Source: Solirubrobacteraceae bacterium
Lineage (GTDB): Bacteria > Actinomycetota > Thermoleophilia > Solirubrobacterales > Solirubrobacteraceae
DNA length: 64,000 bases
Direction: 5' to 3'
Assembly (NCBI GenBank): GCA_030447785.1
Contig: JAUJOF010000003.1
Span: 90,572-154,571 of the forward strand
Of this stretch, positions 28,017-36,837 are shown piece by piece; within the stretch, counting starts at the first letter, position 1; every line of letters starts with the position of its first letter. The notes under the pieces are model-generated. The model did no database searches and was not told where the DNA came from. It saw only the letters and a program-made list of their open reading frames with translations. The position numbers and the translations under genes are program-made.

Positions 28017-28535
28017 TCACCCTGGTTGGGGGAGATGCGCCAGATCATCGATGTCTCGAGGCCGTCCGGCAGTGCGCTTCATGGCGCGGAGATCCTCGAG
28101 CGAGCAGAACCGAAGCTCGAGGCCGAGCACGCTCGCCCTGATGGCCTTCTCGTCGAGATGTCGATAGGCCAGGTCGCCGGGAATCCCGGGAATCCACTGC
28201 ATGACGTCCAGCGCTCCATAGCTCGTCTGAAGGCGGAAGTTGCCGCCCTGACCGAGGTCGTCGGGGTCCGTGGGATCGAAGGGAAACTCATCGACGTCGA
28301 ACTCGCCGGTTCCGACGGGCCGAGCGCCCAGGTCCGTCAGGGCCTCGGCCAGCCGCTCGAGGTTCTCCTGGGCAGGGCCAGGGCAGACATCGATGTCCTG
28401 CGTCGCTCGAGGCCAGCCGTGGAAGCCGACGGCCAGACCGCCGACGACGATGAAGTCGACGCCTCGGTCGAGGAGTCCGGCGAGGAGCTCACGGGGTCGC
28501 AGCGCGGGCACGGCGCCCGGCCTCCGCCACCTCAT
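28017..28535 (-). CDS. small pol-beta-superfamily nucleotidyltransferase-fold protein (family not recognised)
   Basis: hGG-x(n)-DxD signature FIVVGGLAVGFHGWPRATQDIDV. C-terminal motif CSLEDLRAMKRTAGRPRDIDDLAHL. It is visibly less GC-rich than its neighbours. An alternative GTG start lies at 28511. Confidence 0.6.
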   Translation of the reverse strand: MRWRRPGAVPALRPRELLAGLLDRGVDFIVVGGLAVGFHGWPRATQDIDVCPGPAQENLERLAEALTDLGARPVGTGEFDVDEFPFDPTDPDDLGQGGNFRLQTSYGALDVMQWIPGIPGDLAYRHLDEKAIRASVLGLELRFCSLEDLRAMKRTAGRPRDIDDLAHLPQPG

Positions 28536-28677
28536 TGACGAACTCGGTCAGCGCGATCGCATCCTCGGCGCGATCCTGTGCAGGACGCCGGTGCTCCGCC
28601 TCGGTGCGAGCGGCCTCCGCGGCGGCGTTGCGGCGGGCGTCCTCGTGAAACCAGGCATCGTCCGGACGGATGGGCAT
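28489..28677 (-). CDS. 62-aa charged helical protein, possible partner/antitoxin of the nucleotidyltransferase
   Basis: ATG at 28677 (MPIRPDDAWFHEDARRNAAAEAARTEAEHRR...IALTEFVNEV..). Its 3' end overlaps the NTase start. It is only the tail of a longer track ORF, so whether it codes is uncertain. Confidence 0.35.
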   Translation of the reverse strand: MPIRPDDAWFHEDARRNAAAEAARTEAEHRRPAQDRAEDAIALTEFVNEVAEAGRRARAATP

Positions 28678-28711
28678 GGGACGATCGTACTCGCCGCGCC
28701 GGGCGGCGGGC

Positions 28712-29906
28712 TCAGCCCGAGACGGACTCGAACTCGCCGGTCTGGAGGTCGTGCTCGACGGCTTCGTCGATCTCCGTTGACGTGGCACCCGGACGGGTCC
28801 GGCGCAGGCGCATCCGGTCCAGGCGGCGGAACTTGAGGATCTCGAGGGTGTAGACCATCCAGATCGAGCCGAGCATGACCGCGAGGCCGCCGGCGCCGAC
28901 GACCAGGCTGTTGCCCAGCTCCCAGTCGCCATTGGGACGCGGAGGCATGAAGCGCACCAGCATGGCCCAGGCGGCCAGCGAGGCCGCCCACGGTGCAGGT
29001 AGGCGGCGGTCCGCCGCTGCGAGAAGCCGATGCGCAGAAAGCGGTGGTAGAAGTGGTTCTGGTCGGCGCCGAAGGGGGACGGTGGTACTTCAGGCGCTTG
29101 AGGATCACGAACGAGGTGTCCAGCAGCGGCACCGCGACGATGAGCATCGGGGCGAGCAGGGTGATCGTCGCCGGTGTCTTGAGCAGGCCCTCGACGGACA
29201 GGGCGGCCAACAGGTAGCCGAGGCTGAGTGCGCCGCTGTCGCCCATGAAGATCTTGGCGGGGTGCAGGTTGTGCCCCAGGAAGCCCAGGGTGGCGCCGCA
29301 CACCGCGGCCGCCACGGCGGCGACCTCCAGGCGTCCGAAGGAGACGGCCAGCAGCGCCAGGGTCGCCGCGGCGATCGCCACGATGCCGCCCGCCAGCCCG
29401 TCCAGGCCGTCGATCAGGTTCACGAGATTGGCCACCAGCACGATCCACACGACGGTGAGCGGGTAGGCGACCCAGCCCAGGTCGCCGTCGCCCAGCACGG
29501 GGAGGGTCACTCGCTCGAAGGTCAGCCCGTAGGCGGCCACCGGGATGAGCGTCACCGCGACGAGCAGCGCCAGCTTCACCTTGGGCGCCATGCCGCGCCG
29601 GTCGTCCCACAGACCGATGAGCATGACCAGCGGGAGGGCGAGGAAGATGCCGGCCATCGAGCCGTCGAGCTCGGCGAAGCCAAGCGCCGCCACGGCGATC
29701 GCCGCCACGATCGCCACACCGCCGGTGTTGGGCGTGGGAACGGTGTGGATACGCGGACGGTCGTCGCCGGCGTCGACTCGGCCGGTGGCCCGGGCCAGGC
29801 GTCCCGCCAGCGGAGTCGTCAGCCAGGCGACGGCGAAGGCCAGCAGCAGACCGGCCAGGACCGCGCCGTCCTCCACGAGCGCCGACAGCGTCTCGGTGAA
29901 CGACAT
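28712..29906 (-). pseudogene. WecA/MraY-family polyprenyl-phosphate HexNAc-1-P transferase, copy 2, two frame breaks near the 3' end as read
   Basis: It is intact from MSFTETL to ..FVILKRLKYHRP. The conserved PFGADQNHFYHRFLRIGFSQRR follows in another frame (G-run 29074-29078). The tail WAASLAAWAMLVRFMPP...GEFESVSG lies in a third frame (about 28995). Motifs are DDRRGM, NLIDGLDGLAGG and FMGDSGALSLGY. Confidence 0.75.
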
Positions 29907-29980
29907 CGCGCGCCAGTATGACGCAGTCGGCGGCAGACCCCGCGGGGCGTCACCCCCGGGAGGGACCACCCGGAGCATTT

Positions 29981-30090
29981 GTCGCTATCGCGACCTGGGG
30001 GCCCACCTCCGGCGGTGGCCTCGCCCGCGGGACCGGCTCCGCGGCCACCTGGCCGCTCCGCCACCCGCGGGCCGCCTCCGGCACCCCTAG
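29981..30090 (+). repeat. GC-rich intergenic repeat, copy b (long form), ending in a -10-like TAGTCT
   Basis: Sequence is GTCGCTATCGCGACCTGGGGGCCCACCTCCGGCGG...GCCGCCTCCGGCACCCCTAG. It carries about 45 extra internal nt relative to copy a. Confidence 0.7.
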
Positions 30091-30093
30091 TCT
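30088..30093 (+). promoter_or_regulatory. candidate -10 hexamer for a leaderless epimerase transcript
   Basis: TAGTCT (TANNNT) lies 7 nt upstream of the ATG at 30101, and there is no SD. The same geometry occurs at 27551-27556 (TAGCCT, 6 nt before the ATG at 27563). Confidence 0.4.
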
Positions 30094-30100
30094 GCGCCCG

Positions 30101-30958
30101 ATGGCCCGCCTGCTCATCCTCGGCGCCGGCTACGTCGGCGCGGCGCTGGGCGCACGCGCGCTGGACGCCGGGGACGAGGTGGTCCTCGCCGACAACTGGT
30201 ACGCCACGCAGCGCACCGAGCTGGACGACCTGGCCGCGCGGGGAGCCGACGTGGTGACGCTGGACATCCGCGACGGCGACGCCGTCGACGGGCTGCTGCG
30301 CGCGACGGCCCCCGACCGCGTGCACCTGCTCGCCGCGCAGGCCAGCCGTCCGCTGTCGGTCTCCGATCCCGACTACACCGAGGAGACCAACGTCACGGGC
30401 GTGCGCCGCGTGGTCGAGGCGGTGGCCGGCCGCGGCGGCCCGCCGCTGGTGTTCGCCAGCTCGCTGCACGTCTACGGCCCGGGGCTGAGCGGCGAGGTCG
30501 CCGCCGACCGGCCCTACGGCGCCCAGGGCGACCTCGCCCATCTGTCCAAGGTCTACGGCGAGCTGTGCCTGGCCCTGTACGCCCGGCGCCACGGGTTGGC
30601 GGTCGCGCTCCTGCGCCTGGGCATCGTCTACGGCCCGGGCCCGGTGACCCACCAGCGCGCCGAGTCCCAGACGGTGGTGGACAAGTTCGCCGGCCTGGCC
30701 GAGGCCGGCCGGCCGCCGCCCCTCGACGACGGGGGGACGGCCACGATCGGGGTGGTTCACCTCGACGACTGCGCGCGCATCCTGCACGAGTTGGTGCCCG
30801 CGCCCGGGGTGGTGGCCCACGACGTGGCGGCGCAGACGATCACCGTGGCCGACGTGGCGGCGCTGGCCCAGAGCCGCGAGCCGGCCGGCGGGGCCGCCTA
30901 CACGGTGCGCAGCCCCTTCACCTACACCCGCAACCTCGCGGAGTACCTGGCCCGGTGA
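30101..30958 (+). CDS. NAD-dependent epimerase/dehydratase (SDR family)
   Basis: Rossmann motif ILGAGYVGAAL and catalytic YxxxK context (LSKVYGELCLALY). 285 aa. Confidence 0.8.
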   Translation: MARLLILGAGYVGAALGARALDAGDEVVLADNWYATQRTELDDLAARGADVVTLDIRDGDAVDGLLRATAPDRVHLLAAQASRPLSVSDPDYTEETNVTGVRRVVEAVAGRGGPPLVFASSLHVYGPGLSGEVAADRPYGAQGDLAHLSKVYGELCLALYARRHGLAVALLRLGIVYGPGPVTHQRAESQTVVDKFAGLAEAGRPPPLDDGGTATIGVVHLDDCARILHELVPAPGVVAHDVAAQTITVADVAALAQSREPAGGAAYTVRSPFTYTRNLAEYLAR

Positions 30959-31839
30959 GGCTGCTGGTCACGGGCGCCACCGGCTACCTGGGCTGGCGCG
31001 CCACCGTCCTGCTGCGCGAGCGCGGGCACGCGGTCACGGCGCTGGCTCGCCCGGGAGCGCGCGACCGCGCCGCCGCGCGGACCCTGGACACCGTGGCCTG
31101 CGACGCCGGCGACCCCACGGCGCGCGACCTGGTCGCCGGCCACGAGGCCGTCCTGCACTTCGCGGGCCTGCCCGATCCGGCCCGCGCCCGCGAGGACCCC
31201 GCCGCCGCCGTGCGCGCCAACGCCGGCACCACGCTCAACCTGCTCGAGGCCTGCGCCCACCACGGCGCCGCGCTGGTCTACCCCTCCTCCGTGCGCGCCG
31301 CCGTGGAGCCAGCGCCCGATCCCTACGCGGCCTCCAAGCGCCTGGGGGAGGAGGCGTGTCGCCTCCACGCCGCGCCCACCACGGTGGTGCGCCTGGCGAG
31401 CGTCTTCGGGCCCGGCCAGGTGGCCTGGGAGGGCGCCACGGGCGCCATCGCCGCCTTCGCCGCGCGGGCCCTGGAGGGCCGGCCGATCGTGATCCCCGGC
31501 CGGCCCGACCGCACGCGCGACTTCCTCTACGTCGACGACCTGGTCGAGGGCCTCGAGCGCCTGCTGTGCGCGGGCGCCTGGGGCACCGTGCTCACCGCCG
31601 CCAGCGGCGTCTCGACGCCGCTGGCGGAGGCTGCGCAGGCGGCGCGCGACGCTGCGGGGACCGGCGTGGAGATCGAGCTGCCGGGAGGTGATCTGCCTGC
31701 GGGCGAGAACGAGAGCTACGCGCCGTCGGCCACGGACCGGCGTCTACCCTTGACCGCCCGCCCCCTTCAGGAGGCGGTCACCGCCTATGTCGACTGGCTC
31801 CGCCGCCATCCCGCTGCTCAAGGCCGCGCCCAGGCCTGA
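30955..31839 (+). CDS. NAD-dependent epimerase/dehydratase (SDR family), second paralogue
   Basis: GTG at 30955 overlaps the previous stop. Contains LVTGATGYLGW, YAASKRLGE (YxxxK) and RLASVFGPG. Confidence 0.8.
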   Translation: MRLLVTGATGYLGWRATVLLRERGHAVTALARPGARDRAAARTLDTVACDAGDPTARDLVAGHEAVLHFAGLPDPARAREDPAAAVRANAGTTLNLLEACAHHGAALVYPSSVRAAVEPAPDPYAASKRLGEEACRLHAAPTTVVRLASVFGPGQVAWEGATGAIAAFAARALEGRPIVIPGRPDRTRDFLYVDDLVEGLERLLCAGAWGTVLTAASGVSTPLAEAAQAARDAAGTGVEIELPGGDLPAGENESYAPSATDRRLPLTARPLQEAVTAYVDWLRRHPAAQGRAQA

Positions 31840-33784
31840 GCAGGTCGCCGAGCGGCTGGCCGGCGGGCCGTGGGGCGGGCTCGAGCTGTGCCTGATGCCC
31901 GCCGACGTGGCCGACGACCGCGCCCTGGACGCGGCCGTGCGCGCGGTGAGCGAGGCCGACCCCGCGCCCGCGCGCGTCACCGCGGAGGCGCCGGTGGCCT
32001 GGCCCAGCGGCGCCTTCGTGCGCGTGGACGAGCTGACCGTCGAGGCGCGGGAGGGCATCGAGCGCAGCGCCGACTTCGCGGCGCGCATCGGCTCGTCCGT
32101 GCTCACCATCCATCTCTTCGTGCCCCAGGAGCCCGCCGCCTTTCGCGCCGCGCGCGGCGTGGACGAGGAGGCCGTGCACGCCTTCCTGGACGTCTTCGCG
32201 GACGCGTGCGCGCAACGCGGCGTGACGCCCCTGATCGAGAACGTCCCGCCCATCCTGCGCATGCGCACGGGTGGCGTGTTCCTCTCGCCGATCGGCGGCC
32301 ACTGGCGCGACCTGCTGGCCTGGCGCGTGCGCGTGCCCACCCTGGGATTCACGCTGGACACCTCGCACGCCGCCCTGTTTCGCACCTTCGGCGTGGCGGC
32401 GCCCGCGCAGTTCGCCGTCGAGGACCCCGACGAGCTGGAGCTCGACCGCTACGTCGCCGAGCTGGCCCCGCATGCGCGCGTCGCCCACGTCTCCGATGCC
32501 GCGGGCGTTCTGGGCGAGGGCCTGCCCTACGGGGAGGGGGAGCTCGACCTCGACCCCGTGGTGCGCCGGCTGGCGGCCGCCGGCGTGCCGGCCATCGTGG
32601 CCGAGATCAACGAGCCCGATCCGGCACGCTCGCCGGCCATGAAGGCCGGGTACCGTGCGATCGAGGCGGCGCTGCGCGAGCCGGCGCGCCCCTGGCGCCC
32701 GCGCGCCCCGCGCCTGCGCCCCGAGCGCTTCGACTGGCCGGGCGTGGTGGGCCGTCGGGACCCGCTGCCCGCGGTGCTCGAGCTGGAGGAGCACTTCGCC
32801 GGACGGCGCGTGCTCATCACCGGCGGCGCGGGATCCATCGGGACCGCCCTGGCCAACCTCCTGCACGGCTTCCGCCCGAGCGCCATCACGCTGCTCGACC
32901 TCCACGAGGCTTCGCTGACCGCCGATCGTCGCGCGCGCGCGCCCGAGGAGCTCGCGCGCACCGACCACGTGCTGTGCGACGTGCGCGAGCGCGCCCGCCT
33001 GGAGGAGGAGGTCGCCCGCGCGCGCCCCGACGTGGTCTTCCACCTGGCCGCCTACAAGCACGTCGACTGGGCCGAGCGCTTTCCCGAGGAGTTCGCCGCC
33101 ACGAACCTCGACGGCAGTTGGAACGTGCTGCGTGCGGCGGGCGACGCCATCGTGGTGGTCGCCTCCACCGACAAGGCCGCGCGGGCCGCCGGGCGCTACG
33201 GGCGCTCCAAGCGCCTGATGGAGGCGCTCGCCGCGCTGGCCGGCGCGGACACCTGGGGTCGGTGCGCCGCCGTGCGCCTGGTCAACGTGCTGGGCAGCGC
33301 GGGCAGCGCGTCGGATCTCTTCCTGCGCCAGGCCCGCGCCGGCGTGCCGCTCACGGTCACCGACGGAGGCATGCGCCGCTACTGGATCACCATGGGCCAC
33401 GCCGCCACGCTCGTGGCCCACGGGGCTCTCAGCGCGGCCGCCGGCGTGCCTCTGGTCACCGCCGCCGAGCCGGTCACGCTCACCGTCGGCCAGCTCGCCG
33501 AGCGCGTCTGGGGCGGCGCCGGGCGCCCGGGCGCGCCCGACGTCGCGCTGCTGGGGGTGCGCGCCGGGGAGACCATGGAGGAGGTGCTCGTGGGCCCGGG
33601 AGAGGTGCTGGGGCAGGAGCGCTTCGCGGGCTGCGTCCCGATCGAGGGTACGGTCGCGCTGCCCGGCGACGTCGCGCACGAGCTGGTGGCCCGCCTCGAC
33701 GCCGAGCCCGACCGCGCCGTGCGTCGTGCTCTGTGGGCGCGGGCGCTGGCCCGCCCGCTCGTACCGGCCACCGCGGCACCGTAG
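31787..33784 (+). CDS. fusion protein: xylose-isomerase-like TIM-barrel domain + CapD/WbpM-type NDP-sugar 4,6-dehydratase domain
   Basis: N-terminal ~290 aa: TIHLFVP, IENVPP, FTLDTSHA and ELDLDPV (AP-endonuclease-2/sugar-phosphate-isomerase-like TIM barrel). C-terminal: VLITGGAGSIGTAL, LAAYKHVDWAE, ASTDKAA..YGRSKRL (Polysacc_synt_2/CapD). No N-terminal TM segment. Confidence 0.7.
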   Translation: MSTGSAAIPLLKAAPRPEQVAERLAGGPWGGLELCLMPADVADDRALDAAVRAVSEADPAPARVTAEAPVAWPSGAFVRVDELTVEAREGIERSADFAARIGSSVLTIHLFVPQEPAAFRAARGVDEEAVHAFLDVFADACAQRGVTPLIENVPPILRMRTGGVFLSPIGGHWRDLLAWRVRVPTLGFTLDTSHAALFRTFGVAAPAQFAVEDPDELELDRYVAELAPHARVAHVSDAAGVLGEGLPYGEGELDLDPVVRRLAAAGVPAIVAEINEPDPARSPAMKAGYRAIEAALREPARPWRPRAPRLRPERFDWPGVVGRRDPLPAVLELEEHFAGRRVLITGGAGSIGTALANLLHGFRPSAITLLDLHEASLTADRRARAPEELARTDHVLCDVRERARLEEEVARARPDVVFHLAAYKHVDWAERFPEEFAATNLDGSWNVLRAAGDAIVVVASTDKAARAAGRYGRSKRLMEALAALAGADTWGRCAAVRLVNVLGSAGSASDLFLRQARAGVPLTVTDGGMRRYWITMGHAATLVAHGALSAAAGVPLVTAAEPVTLTVGQLAERVWGGAGRPGAPDVALLGVRAGETMEEVLVGPGEVLGQERFAGCVPIEGTVALPGDVAHELVARLDAEPDRAVRRALWARALARPLVPATAAP

Positions 33785-34834
33785 GTGCGCATCCTGCTGA
33801 TCTCCCAGATGTACCCCGGGCGGGACGACCCCGACCTGGGGGCCTTCGTCGCCCAGCTCGAGCGCGAGTTGATCGCGCGCGGACACGCGATCGACCGCGC
33901 GGTGGTGGACCGGCGCGGCGGTCCGCCGACCAAGCACGTCGCGCTGGCCGCGCGTTCGGTGACGGCCGGCCTGCGCCGTCGCCCCGACGTGGTCTACGCG
34001 CACTTCCTGGCGCCCGCCGGCGTGGTGGCCGCTGCGGTGGGGGCCCTCCTGCGCCGACCCGTGGTGCTCACCGCGCACGGCCAGGACGTGCGCAACGCCT
34101 CCACGCGCGGGTCGGTGCGCCACCTCACCGCATGGGCCTGCGCGCGGGCGCAGGCGGTCGTGTGCGTCTCGGACGCGCTGCGCGGCGAGCTGGAGGCAGC
34201 GGTTCCCGCCGCCCGAGGACGCACGCACGTCATCGACTGCGGGGTGGATCTCGAGCGCTTCGCGCCGCGAGAGGTGGCGGGCGAAGGGGCGCACCCTCGC
34301 TTCCTCTTCGCCGGCTCGCTCATCGAGCGCAAGAACGTCGTCGCGCTGGCCGACGCCTTCGCGCTCCTGGGACACGGCTCGCTCACGCTGCTGGGCGACG
34401 GCCCGCTGCGCGCGCAGATCGAAGCCCGCCCCGGCGTGCGGCTGGCCGGCCGCGTGCCTCACGAGCAGGTGCCGGCCTGGATCGCGGCCGGCGACGTGCT
34501 GTGCCTGCCCAGCCTGGTCGAGCCCTTCGGGCAGGTCCTGCTGGAGGCGATGGCCATGGAGCGCTCGGTGGTGGCCACCCGGATCGGCGGTCCGCCGGAG
34601 TTCGTCCCTCCCGAGGCCGGGGTCCTGGTGGATCCCCACGACGTCACCGACCTCGCGCGCGGCCTCGAGGCGGCGGCCGCACTGCCCTCGCCCAATCCGG
34701 CCGCCCGCGCCGCCGCCGCCCGCCACGACGTGCGCGTCCAGGCGCAGCGCATCGAGGTCCTGCTGACTCAGGCGGCCACGAGCAGCGCGCCCGGCGACAC
34801 CCCGAGCTCGGCGGCCACGAAGTGCCCCGCGTAG
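33785..34834 (+). CDS. glycosyltransferase family 4 (GT-B fold)
   Basis: GTG start next to the previous stop. Contains MRILLISQMYP and the C-terminal EX7E-type region LPSLVEPFGQVLLEAMAMERSVVATRIGGPPEFV. Confidence 0.8.
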   Translation: MRILLISQMYPGRDDPDLGAFVAQLERELIARGHAIDRAVVDRRGGPPTKHVALAARSVTAGLRRRPDVVYAHFLAPAGVVAAAVGALLRRPVVLTAHGQDVRNASTRGSVRHLTAWACARAQAVVCVSDALRGELEAAVPAARGRTHVIDCGVDLERFAPREVAGEGAHPRFLFAGSLIERKNVVALADAFALLGHGSLTLLGDGPLRAQIEARPGVRLAGRVPHEQVPAWIAAGDVLCLPSLVEPFGQVLLEAMAMERSVVATRIGGPPEFVPPEAGVLVDPHDVTDLARGLEAAAALPSPNPAARAAAARHDVRVQAQRIEVLLTQAATSSAPGDTPSSAATKCPA

Positions 34835-35688
34835 CTGCCGTCGAGCTCGACGGCGAAGGGCCTCTCCTCCAGCGCGCGCAGCGTCGCCGCGCGAACGCCG
34901 GCGAAGCCCTCGACCTGGGGATGGGACTGCATCCGCTGCGCGCTTCCCGTGGGCAGGCGCCACAGCACCCCGCCCACGTCGAAGGCCCGCGCGCGACGCG
35001 CAAGCGTGAGAGAGATCGTCCCGGTGGCCAGGCCGGCGCCCGGGCACACGTCGACGGCCCGCGGGCCCAGGTAGGTGAGCGGCGAGGAACTCTGCACGAT
35101 CGCGGTGACGCCCTCGACTCGCCGGCCGTCGGCCTCGACCATGAAGGCGGGCAGCCGCGGGCGCCGGCGCTCGGCCAGCAGCGACGCGCCGGCCAGCGCG
35201 AAGGCGGACTGGCCCAGCAGCCGCTTGGCGGCCGGGCGCCTCTCGACGCGCTCCATCAGCTCGGCGGTCGCCCCGATCCCCGCCGCGAAGAGGAAGGGGC
35301 GCCCCTCGAGGGTGCCCACGTCCACGCGCCGGCGGGGGCCCAGGCCGCACGCGGTGAGCGTGCGGGCGGCCTCCACGGGATCACGCGGCAGTCCCAGCGT
35401 GCGACAGAAGACGCTGGTCATCCCGCCCGGCAGCGGGGCCAGCGCGGTCGACGAGCCCACGAGCCCGGCGGCGGCCGCGCCGACCGTGCCGTCGCCACCC
35501 AGGACGGCGACGGCCTCCCGGCCCGCGGCCGCGGCGTCGCGACACGCCCGCGTGGTGTCTCCGGCGGCGTCCGTGCGCACCACCGAGAGGTCGAAGCGCT
35601 TCTCGAGCGCTGCGGCGACCGTGTCCTGCACCCGGGCACTCACCCGGGAGGCGGCGGGGTTGACGACGAGCAGCAGACCCTGCGCCAC
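34768..35688 (-). CDS. diacylglycerol-kinase-family lipid kinase (YegS/BmrU-like)
   Basis: GTG at 35688 within ORF 34768-36252. Contains LLLVVNPAA, AVLGGDGTV and PLPGGMTSVF. Confidence 0.75.
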   Translation of the reverse strand: MAQGLLLVVNPAASRVSARVQDTVAAALEKRFDLSVVRTDAAGDTTRACRDAAAAGREAVAVLGGDGTVGAAAAGLVGSSTALAPLPGGMTSVFCRTLGLPRDPVEAARTLTACGLGPRRRVDVGTLEGRPFLFAAGIGATAELMERVERRPAAKRLLGQSAFALAGASLLAERRRPRLPAFMVEADGRRVEGVTAIVQSSSPLTYLGPRAVDVCPGAGLATGTISLTLARRARAFDVGGVLWRLPTGSAQRMQSHPQVEGFAGVRAATLRALEERPFAVELDGSYAGHFVAAELGVSPGALLVAA

Positions 35689-35781
35689 CGGGCGACCATA
35701 CCCCTCGCCAGCGGGTAGCAACCGCCCCACACCGCGCGCCGTGCGTCGCCACGGTGTATCCGGCTCTACATTCTCTCGCTG

Positions 35782-36837
35782 ATGACCGCTCTGCCCGCCC
35801 GCCACCCCTACCTGGTCGCGGTGGTCCTCGCGCTCGCCTTCGGCGCGCTGGCGATGATCGTCGCCGCGGCGGCGGGCCTGCCGGTGCGCGATCCGGACGG
35901 CGCCGTGGGTCCCGCCTACGTCCGCCTCGCCGGCCTCGTGGCCGTCCTCTTCTGCGCCGACGTGATCCCTCGGGTCGCCGCGCGCGTGCGCCGCGGCCAG
36001 GCGCGGCCGATCGGCGCGCTGCGGGCCGTGGTCGGCGAGCGGTGGACCCTGCGCCGCGCGTGGGTGGTCCTGGCCGGCCTGCTGAGCTTCTACGTCACCT
36101 ATCTGGCCTACCGCAACCTCAAGAGCTTCCTGCCCTTCGTGCGCGACCCGGTCTACGACGGGTCGCTGGCCGAGATGGACCAGGTGCTGGGGCTGGGCGT
36201 CGATCCCGCGACAGTCCTGCACGCCGTGCTGGGTACGGGGATCGCTGCGCACGTCCTGTCGTTCGTGTACCTCGCATTTCTGATTCTCATGCCGCTGTCG
36301 CTCGTCGCCGCCCTGGTGTGGACGAGGGATCTGCGCCGGGGCTTCTGGTATGTCACCGCGCTGGGGCTCAACTGGATCCTGGGGACGGCGAGCTACTACC
36401 TGCTACCCGCGCTGGGCCCCGTCTTCGCCGACCCCGCGACCTTCGCGGGCCTGCCGCCGACGGGCGTCTCGCAGCTGCAGGCCACGCTGTGGGAGGAACG
36501 CCTCGCCGTCCTGGCCGACCCCTTCGCCACGCAGGCCGTCCACGGCGTGGCCGCCTTCGGATCGCTGCACGTGTCGATCGCCTTCACCGCCGCCGCCTTC
36601 GCCTCGTTGACCGACCTCCCACGCTGGACGTCCCGGGTGGCGTGGGCCTTCTTCGGGCTGACGACGGTGTCCACGATCTACCTCGGCTGGCACTACGTGG
36701 CCGACGACGTGGCCGGCGTGGCCATCGGCGCGCTGGCGGTCTGGGCGGGAGCGGCGGCCACCGGGCACGACGTGCGCGCGATGCTCGCCGCACGCCGGCC
36801 CGCGCGGCGCGCTCAGAGTGCCGCCAGGGTCGCGTAG
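35782..36837 (+). CDS. PAP2-superfamily membrane phosphatase/phosphotransferase-like protein
   Basis: Polytopic membrane protein. The C-terminal PAP2 motifs are FGSLHVS and YLGWHYVADDVAGVAIG. Confidence 0.65.
   Translation: MTALPARHPYLVAVVLALAFGALAMIVAAAAGLPVRDPDGAVGPAYVRLAGLVAVLFCADVIPRVAARVRRGQARPIGALRAVVGERWTLRRAWVVLAGLLSFYVTYLAYRNLKSFLPFVRDPVYDGSLAEMDQVLGLGVDPATVLHAVLGTGIAAHVLSFVYLAFLILMPLSLVAALVWTRDLRRGFWYVTALGLNWILGTASYYLLPALGPVFADPATFAGLPPTGVSQLQATLWEERLAVLADPFATQAVHGVAAFGSLHVSIAFTAAAFASLTDLPRWTSRVAWAFFGLTTVSTIYLGWHYVADDVAGVAIGALAVWAGAAATGHDVRAMLAARRPARRAQSAARVA

Larger units (their letters stand above)
27821..30355. repeat. unit X2 of the diverged head-to-tail segmental duplication
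   Basis: Identical 73-aa shadow ORFs lie at 26781-27002 and 29245-29466. The WecA-family core is near-identical in both units. The glyA tail and the epimerase head are present in both units. Confidence 0.8.

Noticed and set aside
31778-35718. Giant ORFs of 1190 aa (minus, 31778-35350) and 1282 aa (plus, 31870-35718).
   Set aside because: Their composition is Arg/Gly/Ala/Pro-dominated low complexity, typical of off-frame or antisense shadow ORFs in very GC-rich DNA. They overlap four to five well-supported genes with clear family motifs in other frames.
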